This document shows, one piece after another, positions 1 to 13,846 of a stretch of 64,000 nucleotides of DNA (position 1 is the stretch's first letter; each line of letters begins with the position of its first letter). A program made the position numbers and the translations under genes. The stretch is from contig JAQFVV010000003.1 in assembly GCA_028023455.1 (NCBI GenBank), forward strand, positions 25,420,001-25,484,000, read 5' to 3'. A model generated the notes under the pieces. It saw nothing but the letters and a program-made list of their open reading frames with translations, did not search any database and had not been told where the DNA came from. This stretch comes from Epiperipatus broadwayi. Its lineage: Eukaryota; Animalia; Onychophora.

Positions 1-169
1 CATATTATCACATGGATCAACAACAAACCTAATTTAAAACTCAAATAAAATCTGAGGAGAAAAAAATAATACAAATATATGATTTTAAAAAAAACATAAT
101 GCACTAACTAAAACAAAAAATGTAAATCAGTGTTCATTAAAGCAAAAGAGCATGATCAGCATAAAGTTA

Positions 170-1880
170 TTGGACATCTGCCAATACATTGGCATCATGA
201 GATAATTCACAGTCCATATTTAAATTAGCATCAATACTCTTTGAAAATCAGTACTACTTATTACTTCCACACCCTAGATACCTGCCTACGAGTGTCAACA
301 TCTTCAAAATTTTTTTTTTGTTCTGGGGACAAGGATACAACTCAAGCTAGTGCTTACCTATGTCCAATGTTGATCTGTAGATATGTTTGTTTTCAATACA
401 GATTCAGCCTCAAGTAAAGTCTTTTTTTCTTAGAGATAAAGTTTAACTTCCAGGAATGACTATATCATCTATATTTTGATCTTTTTTAACATCTTTTTAG
501 AGATTTTTTTTTTCTTGGATGATTGAACTGGAATAAATTCATCAGAGGATAAAACTTCATTCTCTATTACATAAGGATGCATTATAATAAGATTAAACTC
601 CTGAGTGCTAAGATCAATAACAATTTTAAATAATGATGGTAATTTAGCAGAAGTGTATAAATCTTCATGACTAGTGATTGAATTTTGGTTAGTGATAGAC
701 TGTGTCAAAGCTTTGGAACACTGATGACTTGGACATTTTTATCCTGCACAACTGACAAAATCTAGAAGGGCAATCTTTTACAATGTGTGTTCTTAATTTG
801 CAGAAAAAAATACCATTGAGATGGACACCTCTGAAGGTAATTATCAATGAGGAGGACTCAGTGGCATGAAGAGTTGGGATGTCAGTTATCAGAACTCCTT
901 AAAATAATGTTGAAAGTAGCTGCATTCATTAATACTTGAACACTAGCTCTTTATTCTAGCAAATATTTGAAGTTTGTTATAATTCCAAACTTATTAAGCA
1001 GAATCAGGAGGTCCTTATCATTAAAGTCTATGTAGCAGTTTTTAATTTGTACCATAAGCATTGAAACTTATGGATATCTATGTAACAAAGCATTTTATTA
1101 TTTAAACACAACATTTTTTTTAAAAAAAATCATTTTGGTTAGAATTATGAAACTCTACACATATGTATCTGTTGTTAGGATGTAGCAAATCTTCGTAGTC
1201 TATGTTCCAGAAATGTTTTACCATTAACATTGCATAAAACTTTTCCAGCAACAATTTAAAAAGGTTGCATTCCACATTAATTATTGTCATAATTAGCATC
1301 TTAACATTATGGAACTTCTTAAATGATTTTAGCAAAGTAGTGGGAACTGTTAAGTTAAACTTGTTACTGTACTCCTAATAAAGCTGTTTGTCAATAGATA
1401 TGACATTAAAGTTTAGTCCATTTGTAGTCACATCATCACTAAGCAAATTAAAACATCATTTTCTTTATTTCACAGACACTCAACATTTATTCGAGTCCTC
1501 AAATCATATTTTTATAATGCTTTTGCACTTTCTTTTTCTATTCCACTATAAAATCATTTGTTAACTCAATTTTATTACTTCCTGACTTATTAGATATGTG
1601 ATTATTATTAGTGATTGAATTTCAAAGATATTATTCAGATTTAGATGAATTATTTAAATGACCATTATTAGCATTGCTAACATTTAAGACTAGAAAATAG
1701 TTCACACTATTAACATCATTAGTGAATAAATTAACAATAATTTTTTTACCTATTACTGATGACTTCTTATGAAACAGATTCTCTGGTCAACTGAAAGTTA
1801 TTTCTCCAGCAGTGAATTGTGATAGTAAAAAGTCTTTCACAATTGCAGACTCACTATTACATCCAGTGGCCATCTAAAAA
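170..1880 (-). pseudogene. Decayed gag(-protease)-like relic of an LTR retrotransposon
   Basis: Minus-strand reading at ~815-740 gives FFCKLRTHIVKDCPSRFCQLCRIK: an eroded CCHC zinc knuckle plus the start of a second. A frameshifted LD(I)G..SCI resembling the aspartic-protease DTG motif lies at ~370-340. Stops and frameshifts throughout; boundaries approximate. Confidence 0.4.
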
Positions 1881-2756
1881 ATTAAATATCAGCAAGGATA
1901 TTTAATAATATAGCTCAAGTTAGAGCTAAGTAGATAGAGGAGAGCTTCTAATCCCTGATAAACAGATCTTAGTAATAGACACAAAATCTTTTCAATAAAA
2001 AATTGTTTTAAATATAAGGATAAAATCAACCAACTTGACTGAAAGGAGTGCCGCCTTATGGTTCCTAATCATTTATTTTTTCCATTTACTTTACTATATT
2101 GTATCAACTGGTTACTAAAATTTATAGAAGTCTCAGGAATAATTAGTGTGAATTCTGCTCCTAATATAGATATTGAAAATAAAGAAAGTCATGTAATGCT
2201 TTGATTGGTAAATACTACTTTTATCAAAAGGATCTAAGAAGTTTGTAGTTAGTATAAAATTGAGATTACTAAAATGCATAGTTGCTAGCCTAGTATATAA
2301 CTTAAACATGTTATCTTGAATTCAAATCTTAATTTATTAACTTAAATAGTATAAAAAATTCTAAAAGTGGCCATATTGTATGTCTGTGTAAAATCCAATG
2401 CTTTGATTGGAGAACAATTAATCTTCAGATTTGCATATATCAGCCTCTGCTCTAAAATAGAATAAAGTAAGAGTGAATTTCCTTTCCTAATAAGATGTTG
2501 AAAATAAGCAAGGAAAGTCTATAATATTTTGTTTGGTATATATATATAATCATTTGATATATTGTTTGTTAGTGAAAGACAGGTTGAGATAATTAAATAA
2601 CAGTTTACTGCATTATGTGATAATACCTTGATTATTATCATCAGAGATAGCTTATAATTTCTTACCATCTCTTTAGATTACTGTAATTTTTTATTATTAA
2701 AACTACTACATAAAAATTTGATGAACAATTTTATATCATGAAGATATAAAGTATTT

Positions 2757-3060
2757 TCACATAGGCAAAACTCTCCACACAGTAGTACTATTCGTTGCAA
2801 GCCAGAGAGCAATCAATGGATGCAGGAAGGTTTGTGTACAAAATCTCTATCTACTGCCTACTCATCTAATATCCCCAGACTAGTTTCTAGCTTGTGACTT
2901 TCATCAGTAAGAAACCTTGAATCTGAGAGCACTGCACCTAAGCCACAAACTAGAAACTAGTCTGGGGATATTAGATAAGTAGGCACTAGATAGGGATTTT
3001 GTGCACAAATCTTTCTGCATCTGAGTGGTACTACTATATGGAGAGTTTTGTTTCTGTGAA
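2757..3060. mobile_element. Fold-back insertion of hammerhead-bearing repeat family C (copy 1)
   Basis: Arms tttcacataggcaaaactctccacacagtagt ... actactatatggagagttttgtttctgtgaaa are inverted, as is the internal segment ctcatctaatatccccagactagtttctag. Homologous to 37365-37585. Confidence 0.8.
2872..2913 (-). ncRNA. Minimal type I hammerhead ribozyme motif (family C, degenerate)
   Basis: Minus strand: ttctta CTGATGA aagtcacaagcta GAAA ctag TC tgggga. Core intact with a GUC site and palindromic ACTAGT stem III; stem II is weak in this copy. Confidence 0.65.
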
Positions 3061-3349
3061 AAACAATTTGTGTAAGCATAAAGAATGGTGACCATATGAT
3101 GTATGATGGTTTAAGATATAAAGTAATTGATTATTATTATTATTATTATTGTTGCTCAGGATTTCACAAATAATTTAAACACCAGAAGTGACAAAGCTAT
3201 AGATATGATCCACAGATCTTGAGCTCAGAGTTTGCCATTCTGTACAAGATATATAAAAAATAGTTTAGAGTAATTATAAAAAAACTAGAATAAATGTATT
3301 ATGAGGAATGGAAACAATCAAAAATAAATTATAGTAAATAACATTGAAA

Positions 3350-3900
3350 TGTGATTTGATTGGTTGTGTTTCAGCATGGTCTGTATTTGCATCTACAATG
3401 ACTCAAGATATAATATTATGGTTAAAAAAGATAAAGATAACCGGGGTCAACTCTCATAGAAGTATAATACCTTTTCTACCTGTTGTAAAAACACATCCTA
3501 TTGCAATCATATTTCTTATGTTTAAAATTAACAAAATTCATCAGATTAATTCAGATTGCTAAGAAATATATATGGACTACTTAAATATAGCTAGATATCC
3601 ATTTACTGATCATTATTAGATAGATAGTTATTTGGCTTTGGCTATCCTCCTAAATAAAATTTCAATGTTCACCCAGCATAAATTTGAACCCAGAAAGCAG
3701 GTATGAAATCTTTTTAAAAATGAAAGATAGCTTTTTACTAATTCTAATAGAAACTATAGTTACTCTGATATTTGTGCTTAAACGAAAGAATAATGATTCT
3801 TTGATTTCTATAAGAATTCCTTACAGCTTTATTGACTAAATGAAAAGTAACAAGCTTTGAGACTTATTAAAGTTGAGAGGACTCAAGTTTGTTTGTTGAA
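3350..3900 (+). pseudogene. Possible Gypsy-type integrase relic
   Basis: MTQDIILWLKKIKITGVNSHRSIIPFLPVVKTHP resembles the integrase segment M..DI..(W/Y)VK.C..C....P.PI..P. It shares aga(t/c)atccatttactgatca with the relic at 39.5 kb. Confidence 0.35.
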
Positions 3901-5068
3901 ATCCCATCACGCTTTTTGACAGAGAACACAGTATATATATATATATACAGTAGAGGGATATTATCCTTTTTAATATAAATACATATTTGCTCACATGCAT
4001 ACATAACATTGTATACTATAAGCTTTAAATTCATCATACATACGCATATTATTTTACAGCACATTTATATGAATCTCTTATAAACATACACACACATAAG
4101 CAGAAGATTATTTATAGTATCTTTAAATTATACTAAAAATAGTCACTTTAACTCAAATTTTATCGAAGCATAAAACTTCTTTGCTCTAATTAAACTTTTG
4201 CCTTATCCCTTTGAGGGTTTTAATATCTATAAGTTATCTGTATTAATTAGCAATTCATTTTATTTTTAACTTAAAGATATTATCTTGAGTTGCTTCTTAA
4301 TAATTAAGAAAGTAAATTAGGATTTTACAACTTAAGTTAAAATGATTTTGTATTTCTCAGCTGTCAAGAATCTAACATCTGATAAATGTAACCCACTAAA
4401 ACACCATAAAATCTTTAATTACTTTTGTCACCTAATTTCCAAAAAACATAATTAATAACGTAGTTGAAATTTTACCATTACAAGATAATTTAATGAACCT
4501 TACGTTTTTTTTTTTAATATTAGCCAATGCTTCAGACGTCAGTTAACATTATGTATAATGAGATAATAATCTCATATAAAATATGATGTAATATGGCTTT
4601 TCCTTAAAGAAATTCAAAAGTTGCCATGCAAAGGAATAATGCCTATAATCCTTGCTAATCAACGGTGACATTTATTATCTCAGTTTATATATGAATTAGT
4701 CATATTATAGATAATATTAGGCTGTTAGCCAGAATAACTATGACAAAATCAAGCCAGTTCTGATTCAAAACTAGCTGCTCTCTCTCTTGAGATGATAAAA
4801 ATAAACTGAAAGGTTAGCATTCTGTGCATATGAAATTTTTTCTCATTAGAGATGATAGATCCATAATACTACAAATATGTTTTCTTTCTTGATGGCTGGT
4901 ATTTTAAAAAACCCCATATGCCCAAGTTATATTGCATTATGAGATTTACTGTGTTATTCAGAGAATTAGTTATCCATTTATTGAAAAGCATATAAATTCT
5001 CTGGGTTATCAAACAGGAAGCTGCCTGAAAAAATCCAGAACTTAAATATTTCAAACTAATGGAAAATT

Positions 5069-5998
<930 letters not shown>

Positions 5999-7435
5999 AT
6001 GTGATTATTATTTTTAAATTATTATATTAGATGTATATATCCATTTCCAATAAGATAATACTAAAATTAGTCATATTTTTTCATCACATACATTTGTATA
6101 GATGAATTTTATTTTATGAACTTTCATTCCATGAAGATGCAAAAGCATTTATTATGTTGATCTACTATTATTATTTCAATTATGATGTATAAAATCATGT
6201 TGAATGAAAATGTTGAGGGACTTTTGAATTATTTTGGTATGTATTATGTTTTTACCAAAAATGTTAAAGATAGATACATTTAGTTTACAAGATTCTGACA
6301 ATATATTGCTACTGATATTAGTATGGGCATAACGAGTTATATAAGTAATTATGTTTGAATTTAAACTTATGATGTTTAAAATTTTCAAACCATTTTCTTG
6401 ATAGGAAAATATGAGAAAAATGTAACTGCTGGATGAAGAAACAATTAAAATCATGCTCCTTACTTATGAAAATTGACAACCAAGAATTAAACACGAACTC
6501 AAGTTGATATTACCAAGGGGATAAATATAAATAATGAATAATTATGCTTACAATAAATAGATTGAAGAATAAATGTCTTATACTGAGTTCTGCCAATGTT
6601 GTTATTAATAGAATAATTTCCATCTCTTAATTAGCTAATTATGATTCCAAGATAGGTTTATAATAGAGCACTAAGACATTACTAGCAAAATTATCGTGGC
6701 TATTATGCATAAGACTTTTAGTTTGAACAACCAAAGTAAGTTTTGTTTTGTTTCCCTGTCATAATGCCAAGTCATATTCAACTTTTCTTTCGTCAATGAT
6801 AAAAATAGTAATTAAAAAGCAATCTTTTTAATGACTAAAAATAATATACAAAACATTAAATTTATTTAAAAATGAGGAGTTAAAAGTTTGATGTGTTTTT
6901 AACAAATTATCAGAAATTTAAAAATAACTTTTAGAAAAAACCATGGGAGAAATATTATAATTAGAATGTAAATGCATATATTTTCTAAAATATTTTTAAC
7001 AAATATAAAAAAAATTAATAACATAAAATGATTATTTTTAAAATATTATTTTTAAATTTAAAAATGATAATAATAAATAAAAATAGCTATTCCTTCAACG
7101 ACTTTAAAGAGTTTAGTTAATTTAATTAGTTAGCTTAAAATAAGAAAAAAAATCGCTATAATAAAATTTAATATTAATTAGTTTATATAGCAGAAAAAAA
7201 TGTAATATGAAAATATATTACCGATATAGAAGACCAAAAATTGTAAAATAATAAGAAACAGATTTATTCATTTTAGAAACAAAATGATTTAAATCTCCAA
7301 ATATATCTTATAAAAAGATTAAATTTCATATTAATTTAATTTAAAGAGTTTAATAACACATAACTTCCATTTACCATATTTATTTTAATCACATGAATAA
7401 AGAATGTTTTCCTGAAAGTCTGTGATGATTGTATT

Positions 7436-9065
7436 TTAGTTGTATTTATATATTGGACTATTTCTATCATCTAATATAATAAGTATTGAATGTCTTTAGA
7501 AAAAAATTATTTATTTAAATATTCCAAATACATTCGATTGTTAGTAATAGCATACAGGTTAACATATGCGCAACATTTTAAGAGGTATTGTTCTGCCCTC
7601 TTCTTCAACTGTCACTGGTAAATGTTGCTGATCTGATCAGTGATAGTACTAGCATGGGAATCTAATCTGGATCCTTCGATTTTTGAATATTGAATTTTAT
7701 GGTAACACTCTAACCAAATAAGCCATCATGCCAAAGACAATAGTTAGCAGAAATTTCATATATTTATCCATAAGATTTCTCCTGATTTCTCCACTTTTTC
7801 CTAAGAGCAAAGTTGATTAGTGATTTCCATACCTTAGCTTGACTTATGGTGTTATTTGTCATTGTCATGGGAGCAGCTTCTTTAAATTTTCTCCTTTGTA
7901 GCTTTTCTTCTCTATCCAATACTTTTTTATTTTCCCAATGGAATATATGGAATATATGTTCATTGGTACATACATGGTCTGCTACTTTAGACACATTTGT
8001 TTTCTCTCTTCTAATCATCAGTTTATGTTTTTGCAATCACTTTTCAATGAGGTAACTTGTTTCACCAATATACATTTTACCACATTCACATAGTATTTCA
8101 TATATGCAGTTTTCACTTTTCAGCATTCCAAGTTTTGGCTTTGTACCTTGTAATATAGTATGGCTCCGGAAAGCTGTTCTGATGTTATACTGATTGCATA
8201 TTTTTCTTAATTTGTCTGCCATTTTTTGGTAGATATAAATACACAACTGAACCAATAATTGTTTTTTCTTTCAATGTTTTTTGTTGTTGTCTATTTAAGG
8301 TTTTCTTAATAACAGCTGATGGATAAACATTTCTCATGAATTTGTTCTATATAATCTTTTCTTCCAAATCACTGGTTTCTGAACAAACTTCTTTTGCTAA
8401 TTCCACATTTTGTGTTTCTAATGTGATTGGATGTATATGATAAGAATTTTCCTGTATGTGTTGTTTTTCTGTAAACTATAGTTTTGATTTTTCAATGAGA
8501 GAGTATTGTTATAAGAGCATCTAAGAAACAATTTTAGTTCTTGTTCTGATTCTATTGTAAATTTAAATGAAAGGAAATATGTTGTTGACATGTTTCCTGA
8601 AAGTTTATAGTAGTGCTCCACCATGTGGCCACATAAAAAATATATCAACATAGTGAAGTCAAACTTTAGATGGATAATATGGAATGATCTCTTTGGTTGT
8701 GGTTTCAAGTTCTTCCATGTAAATATTGCTAATCAGGGGTAACAATGGTGATCCCATAGGCATTCCTTGATTTTGTTGGAAGAATTCTGTATTGTAGTGA
8801 AAGTATGTAGTTGAAATGCAGAATGTTAACAGTTTCATTATACTAACAATAAGAATTGTTCTAGTTTGTAAGCTATTATCACTATTTAATCTTTTTCTTA
8901 CAATAGACAATGCTTCATCACATACATTTGAGAATAAACTTTCTACATCAAAGCTTACTAGTATGTCAGTTCTTTCAATTTTCGTGTTCATGATTAATTC
9001 TACAAAGTGTCTAGACTCTCTGACCAAGGATTGGCATATGGAGATTTATTCCCTGCATAAATAAA
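7436..9065 (-). mobile_element. Penelope-like retroelement, decayed (RT + GIY-YIG endonuclease + terminal repeat)
   Basis: ORF fragments ILVSFDVESLFSNV and QGMPMGSPLLPLISNIYMEE (RT), NCIYEILCECGKMYIGET (GIY-YIG), and KVLDREEKLQRRKFKEA, followed by the shared ~330-bp terminal repeat at 7436-7765. Confidence 0.9.
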
Positions 9066-9779
9066 AGTATACACAGGAGAGGTATTTTGCTTCTAGCAGT
9101 TATGGAGCAAGTGCAATGGTGTTGAAAGTTGGCCATGGTTTGTGTATTTATAGACAATCTCAGTTTGATCATGGCTATGACTAATGTATTAATATATTGA
9201 CAACATTAACTCCTCCACTTGGGTAATGGTGTTTCAAAGTTATATAAATTATTACCATAATATTACTAAGCCAATAAGCTAATACATATGCACTTTGCAG
9301 ATGTCACTATATTAATATTATAGATTATAAAAAAAAACATCGCGATATATAAAAAATAAATTTCTTGTTTACATATGTTTAATTATAAGAATGACGTATC
9401 GTAAATTCTAGAAATTTCATTGGCGTCATTCATTTACGTAGTAAAAAAGTATTTTAAAGTGATCAATTAATAACTTCAAGCTCTTCATTTCAAACACTTC
9501 AGATTTGCCCATACATATACGGTTGGCTTGAAAATATAGGTGGATTCATTCTATATTTTCTTAAAGACTTTATCTTGTGTTTGAAAAAGTAGGAGTATTC
9601 ATTTATATAATGACATCTGCAAAGTGCATGTGTATTAGCTTATTGGCTTATTAATATTATAGATTATTAAAAAAAACATCTTCTTGTTTATAAATTATTA
9701 CTGTTAAAGTGTAAAAATAATAAAAAAGATATCCATTAATATATATATTAAACATTAAAGGTTAAACTAGCCAATTAAT

Positions 9780-11670
9780 AATTATCTCAATTCATCCAAA
9801 TTCACCACTAAACCAGACTAGCCAAAGAAAATAAACTGAAAACACAACCCATGGTTTCACTGCTACAAGCAGACTTCTCAAGTGTAAAGGATTAAAAGAA
9901 AACAAATTTATACTAAATATTACTCACAATTCCACTTAAACCACACAAACCCTCAATATTAAAATAACTTTTAAACAAGTTAATTGCTTCAGAATCATTA
10001 ATTTTGATGAGACTAAGGTTGCCTTTATGGTCTACCTAAAATCCATAAAGATGTATTGTTATTTCTAGAAATCCATCTTGCCAAAATTTGTCAAGATTTC
10101 TTCTCAAAGTTCTTAGTCATTTGGCATACAGGACTCAGTCCTTTGTCAGGGAATCTAAACCTTTTGTATAATTAACCAAGAACATGACAATTGAAAGAAC
10201 TGACATACTAGTAAGCTTTGGTGTAGGATGCTTGTTCACAAATGCACCATGTGAAGATGCATTGCTTATTTAAAAAAAAAAGATTAAATAATGATAATAG
10301 CTTACAAACCAGAACAACCCTTTCTATTGATAGTATCATGGAACTATTAACATTCTGCATTATAACAATTGACTTTGAATACAACACACAATTCTTTCAG
10401 CAAAATCAAGGAATGGATATGGGCTCACCATTGTCATTCCTCATTAGCAATACATGAAAGAACTTGAAAACACAACTATAAAGACTACTGTATATCCACT
10501 TAAAGTTTGACTTCACTATGCTGATATTATATTTATTGGTGAAGTGCTTCTATAAACTTTTTGTAAACATATCAAAAACATATTCCCTTCAATTAGATTC
10601 CCAATATAATCTGAACAAGAACACAAATTGGCATTCTTAGATGTTCTGTGGCAAAAATTCCTCGTGGCAAAATAAAACTTACAGAAAACTCACTCATATA
10701 GGAAAATACTTAGTATATACATACAACCACATCAAAAACACAAAACATGCAGTTATACTATCACTATGAAACAGAGCAAAAGAAGTTTGTTCAGAAAGCA
10801 GTGATTTGGAAAAAGAAAAAAATTAATATAGAACAAACTCTTATGACAAATAATTATCCATCAGCTGTTATTAAGAAAACCTTAAATAGACAATAAAAAG
10901 AATAATCAAAAGAAAAAACAATTATTGGTTCTCTAGTATATCCATATATAACATCAGAACAACTTTCCGGAGCCGTACCACATTATGAGGAATTCTAATA
11001 TCTACAAAGCTTAAACTTGAAATGCTGGAAAGCAAAAAAACTGCATCCATGAAATCCCTTGTGAATGTGAAAGAATATACGTATATTAATGAGACCAGTA
11101 ATCCAATTGAAAAGCAATTGCAAGACCACAAACTGATTAGAAGTGAGAAAACAGACGTGTCTAAGGTAGAATATATGTCAAATTAGGAAAATGCAAAAAT
11201 ATTGAACAGAGAGAAAAAGGTACAAAAAATAAATTTCAAAGAATCTGCTCACATGACAATGGTAAATAACCCCATAAGTCAACCTAGTGTGACTATGCAT
11301 AAAGTTATGGAAACAACTATTAACTTTGCCTTTAGAAAATCAGGAGAAACTTCATAGATAAATATATGAAATTTCTACTGACTGTTGCCTTTGGCAGGAT
11401 GGCTCACTTGGTTAGTGCATTACCTTAAAATTAAATATTCAAGAAACTAAGGGTTGAGGTTCAATTCTCATACTAATACTCCCACTGGTCAGGCCAGCAA
11501 CATCTGAAGAAGAAAAGACAATTACACCTCTCGAAATGTTGGGTATATACTAACCTGTGTGCTATTACTAATAGTTGAATGTATTTTGAAAATTTAAATG
11601 AAGTTAAAAATTAGACATTCAGTACTCAATACTAGATGATGGAAATAGTCCAATATATAAATACAACTAA
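9780..11670 (+). mobile_element. Penelope-like retroelement, decayed
   Basis: QQNQGMDMGSPLSFLISN (RT) and a YRK.TH..KY-like thumb segment. The GIY-YIG region at ~11030-11100 is homologous to the 7.4-9.1 kb copy, and the terminal repeat spans ~11390-11670. Confidence 0.88.
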
Positions 11671-11719
11671 GGTTATTTTCTTTGAAAGAAATGAAATAAG
11701 AATTAAAGAATTTTTATTT

Positions 11720-12080
11720 CTAAAAATTTATGAATTCGAAGCAATTAACTTGTTTAAAAGTTCTTTTAATATTAAGAGTGTGTAGGATGTAAGCAGAATT
11801 ATGGGTAATATTTAGTATAAATTTTATTGTTTTCTTTTACTCCTTTACAATTGAGGAGTCTGCTTGTAGACAATGAAACCATTGGTTGTGTTTTAGAGTC
11901 TATTTTCTTGAGCTAGTCTTGTTTGGTGGTGAATCTGAGGTAATTTTGATATATATATATAATGGTAATCACTGTTTTAACAAATGGTAATTGATCAAAA
12001 TAACAAATATAATGAAAAACAATATTCCAAATTAATTTTTAGTCTAGGGCAATTATGAGTTTCTAATGGGTGACCATGTG
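11720..12080 (-). mobile_element. Inverted fragment of the 5' part of the same Penelope-like family
   Basis: Reverse complement matches 9780-10000 (gaagcaattaacttgtttaaaag; gtctgcttgtag; ggttgtgttt). Confidence 0.7.
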
Positions 12081-13068
12081 TATAGTGGAGTGGCTATACA
12101 ATATTATTTTTTAGTAATTAGTTTATAATAATTACAGATAGTGATCAGACTAAACACATATAAAAGACAAATCTTTACGCAGATCTAATCATGTTTCCTG
12201 ATTATTATCCACTCCGCATTCATAATATTATTAAATGACAAAATAAATAATCTACTATGGATGAGAAATAAATATACAACAAAATTTATTAACAATAATA
12301 ATAATTTTAATTAATAAACAGAATGAGAATATTATAAAAAAATTATATTTACATATTTATATTTGCATGTGATAGGAAAAAATCTTTACTGATTTATAAT
12401 AATTCATAAAGAAAACGTTTATATTAAATTCATCTAATTACCTATTGATATCTCCATGAGATCATATTTCATTAGCCTGTGAATGTAGGTACATGGACAT
12501 CAAAAGCAATATTTTATATGTCTGCAAACAATTTTCTAATATCTTAATCTCTCTTGGCTTGTATCAATAATATTTTATTCCCATGTAATTTTTTTTGTTA
12601 TTAAGAGCTTTAAAATTACTCACATTTATAAATTAATTCATAGAAGAATATTTCCATTTGATATATCAAGTATCACACATTTTCATCATCAGACAGTAAT
12701 TAATATATTGGCAAAATTGAAGTTATTTTCTAAGGTATTCCTTTGTTTTCAGTCCATTGTCAGCTACACTACTGGAAAGATCAGTGTAAGGCACCAAAGT
12801 TTTATTCCAGAGATTGCATTATCAACTTAAACAATTATAATTTTCCTTTTTTATAAATGACACCCAGAGAAAGTGGACAGTTCTCTCCATTTGTTTAAAG
12901 CAGACAATCCAAGAGCTTCCAATTGGTTCCTATAGCAATATTATTTTAAAATAGTTAACTTTATTTTAAAATAAAGAATCATAATAAAATTTTAATTTTT
13001 ACAATTATTATGATCAAATAAATTACTTTATAATTTATTTACACACATGACATTTATATATTCTAGAA

Positions 13069-13846
13069 CAATGGTTTTCAACCTTTTCACATGTGCAGAC
13101 CGGTAAAAATAAGAACAAGATTTCGCAGATCGGCAGAAGTTTACAGATAAATTTTCTTAAAGATGTGAACTGCTTAGCCTTAGATGAATATAATTGTTAT
13201 AACTGACCAAAACAGCACACTAGTTATTATGTATTGTAATGGTGTTGTTTACCTTCACATGCTGAACACTCTTTCTCAAGTTGCGCAGTCATACTGTTAT
13301 AGAAAACAGTACAATAACAATTGTTTTCATTAATGTGCTTGCATTTCTACGTTTCTTATTTCATTGTTAAAACATGCAAGAATAAAATGTTATTCACCTG
13401 AATGTTGGGAAATATCACAGCTAGTGTAATTACATGATAATGATTATGATAAATGTAAGATCTGTATTTATGTTAAATGTACAAGATGAAGTTATATATA
13501 TATGGAGTTTATATAATAAAAAACTTTTTTTTTTAATTTTGAATTTTTTTAGAAAAATAATAAAAAATTTAATTCTCCCCCCCCCCCATAAACATCTGTG
13601 AGAAATAGAAAAACAAATTAATTTATGTATGATTGATTAGATTTTGTTTTCGTTCAGTTTCTTTTTTTTAAATCGGGTAAAAATGCTATGAAAAAAAATA
13701 AATAAAAATTGTTTATATTAATTAAAAGTTTAAAATCGTATTATTTTGTTATTACAAACTTTCCTGCTAGTCTAGTATGGATCAGCAGAAAACTTCTGTG
13801 GCTCGGCGCTGATCCAAGTACCAGGAGGGGAGGTTGAAGACCACTG
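13069..13846. mobile_element. Non-autonomous hAT (Charlie-type) DNA transposon
   Basis: TIRs caatggttttcaacc / ggttgaagaccactg, with 8-bp flanks ttctagaa / ttgtagaa. Homologous to 42826-43305. Confidence 0.85.

Noticed and set aside
1750-1790. CTGATGA cttcttat GAAA, hammerhead-like spacing
   Set aside because: No credible stem II or stem I and no second copy; it lies within the gag-like relic and is probably chance.
12690-12950. Possible RT or transposase fragment (IYKKG; DNA..PY.DLS)
   Set aside because: Motif hints point to different families and are too degraded to choose between.
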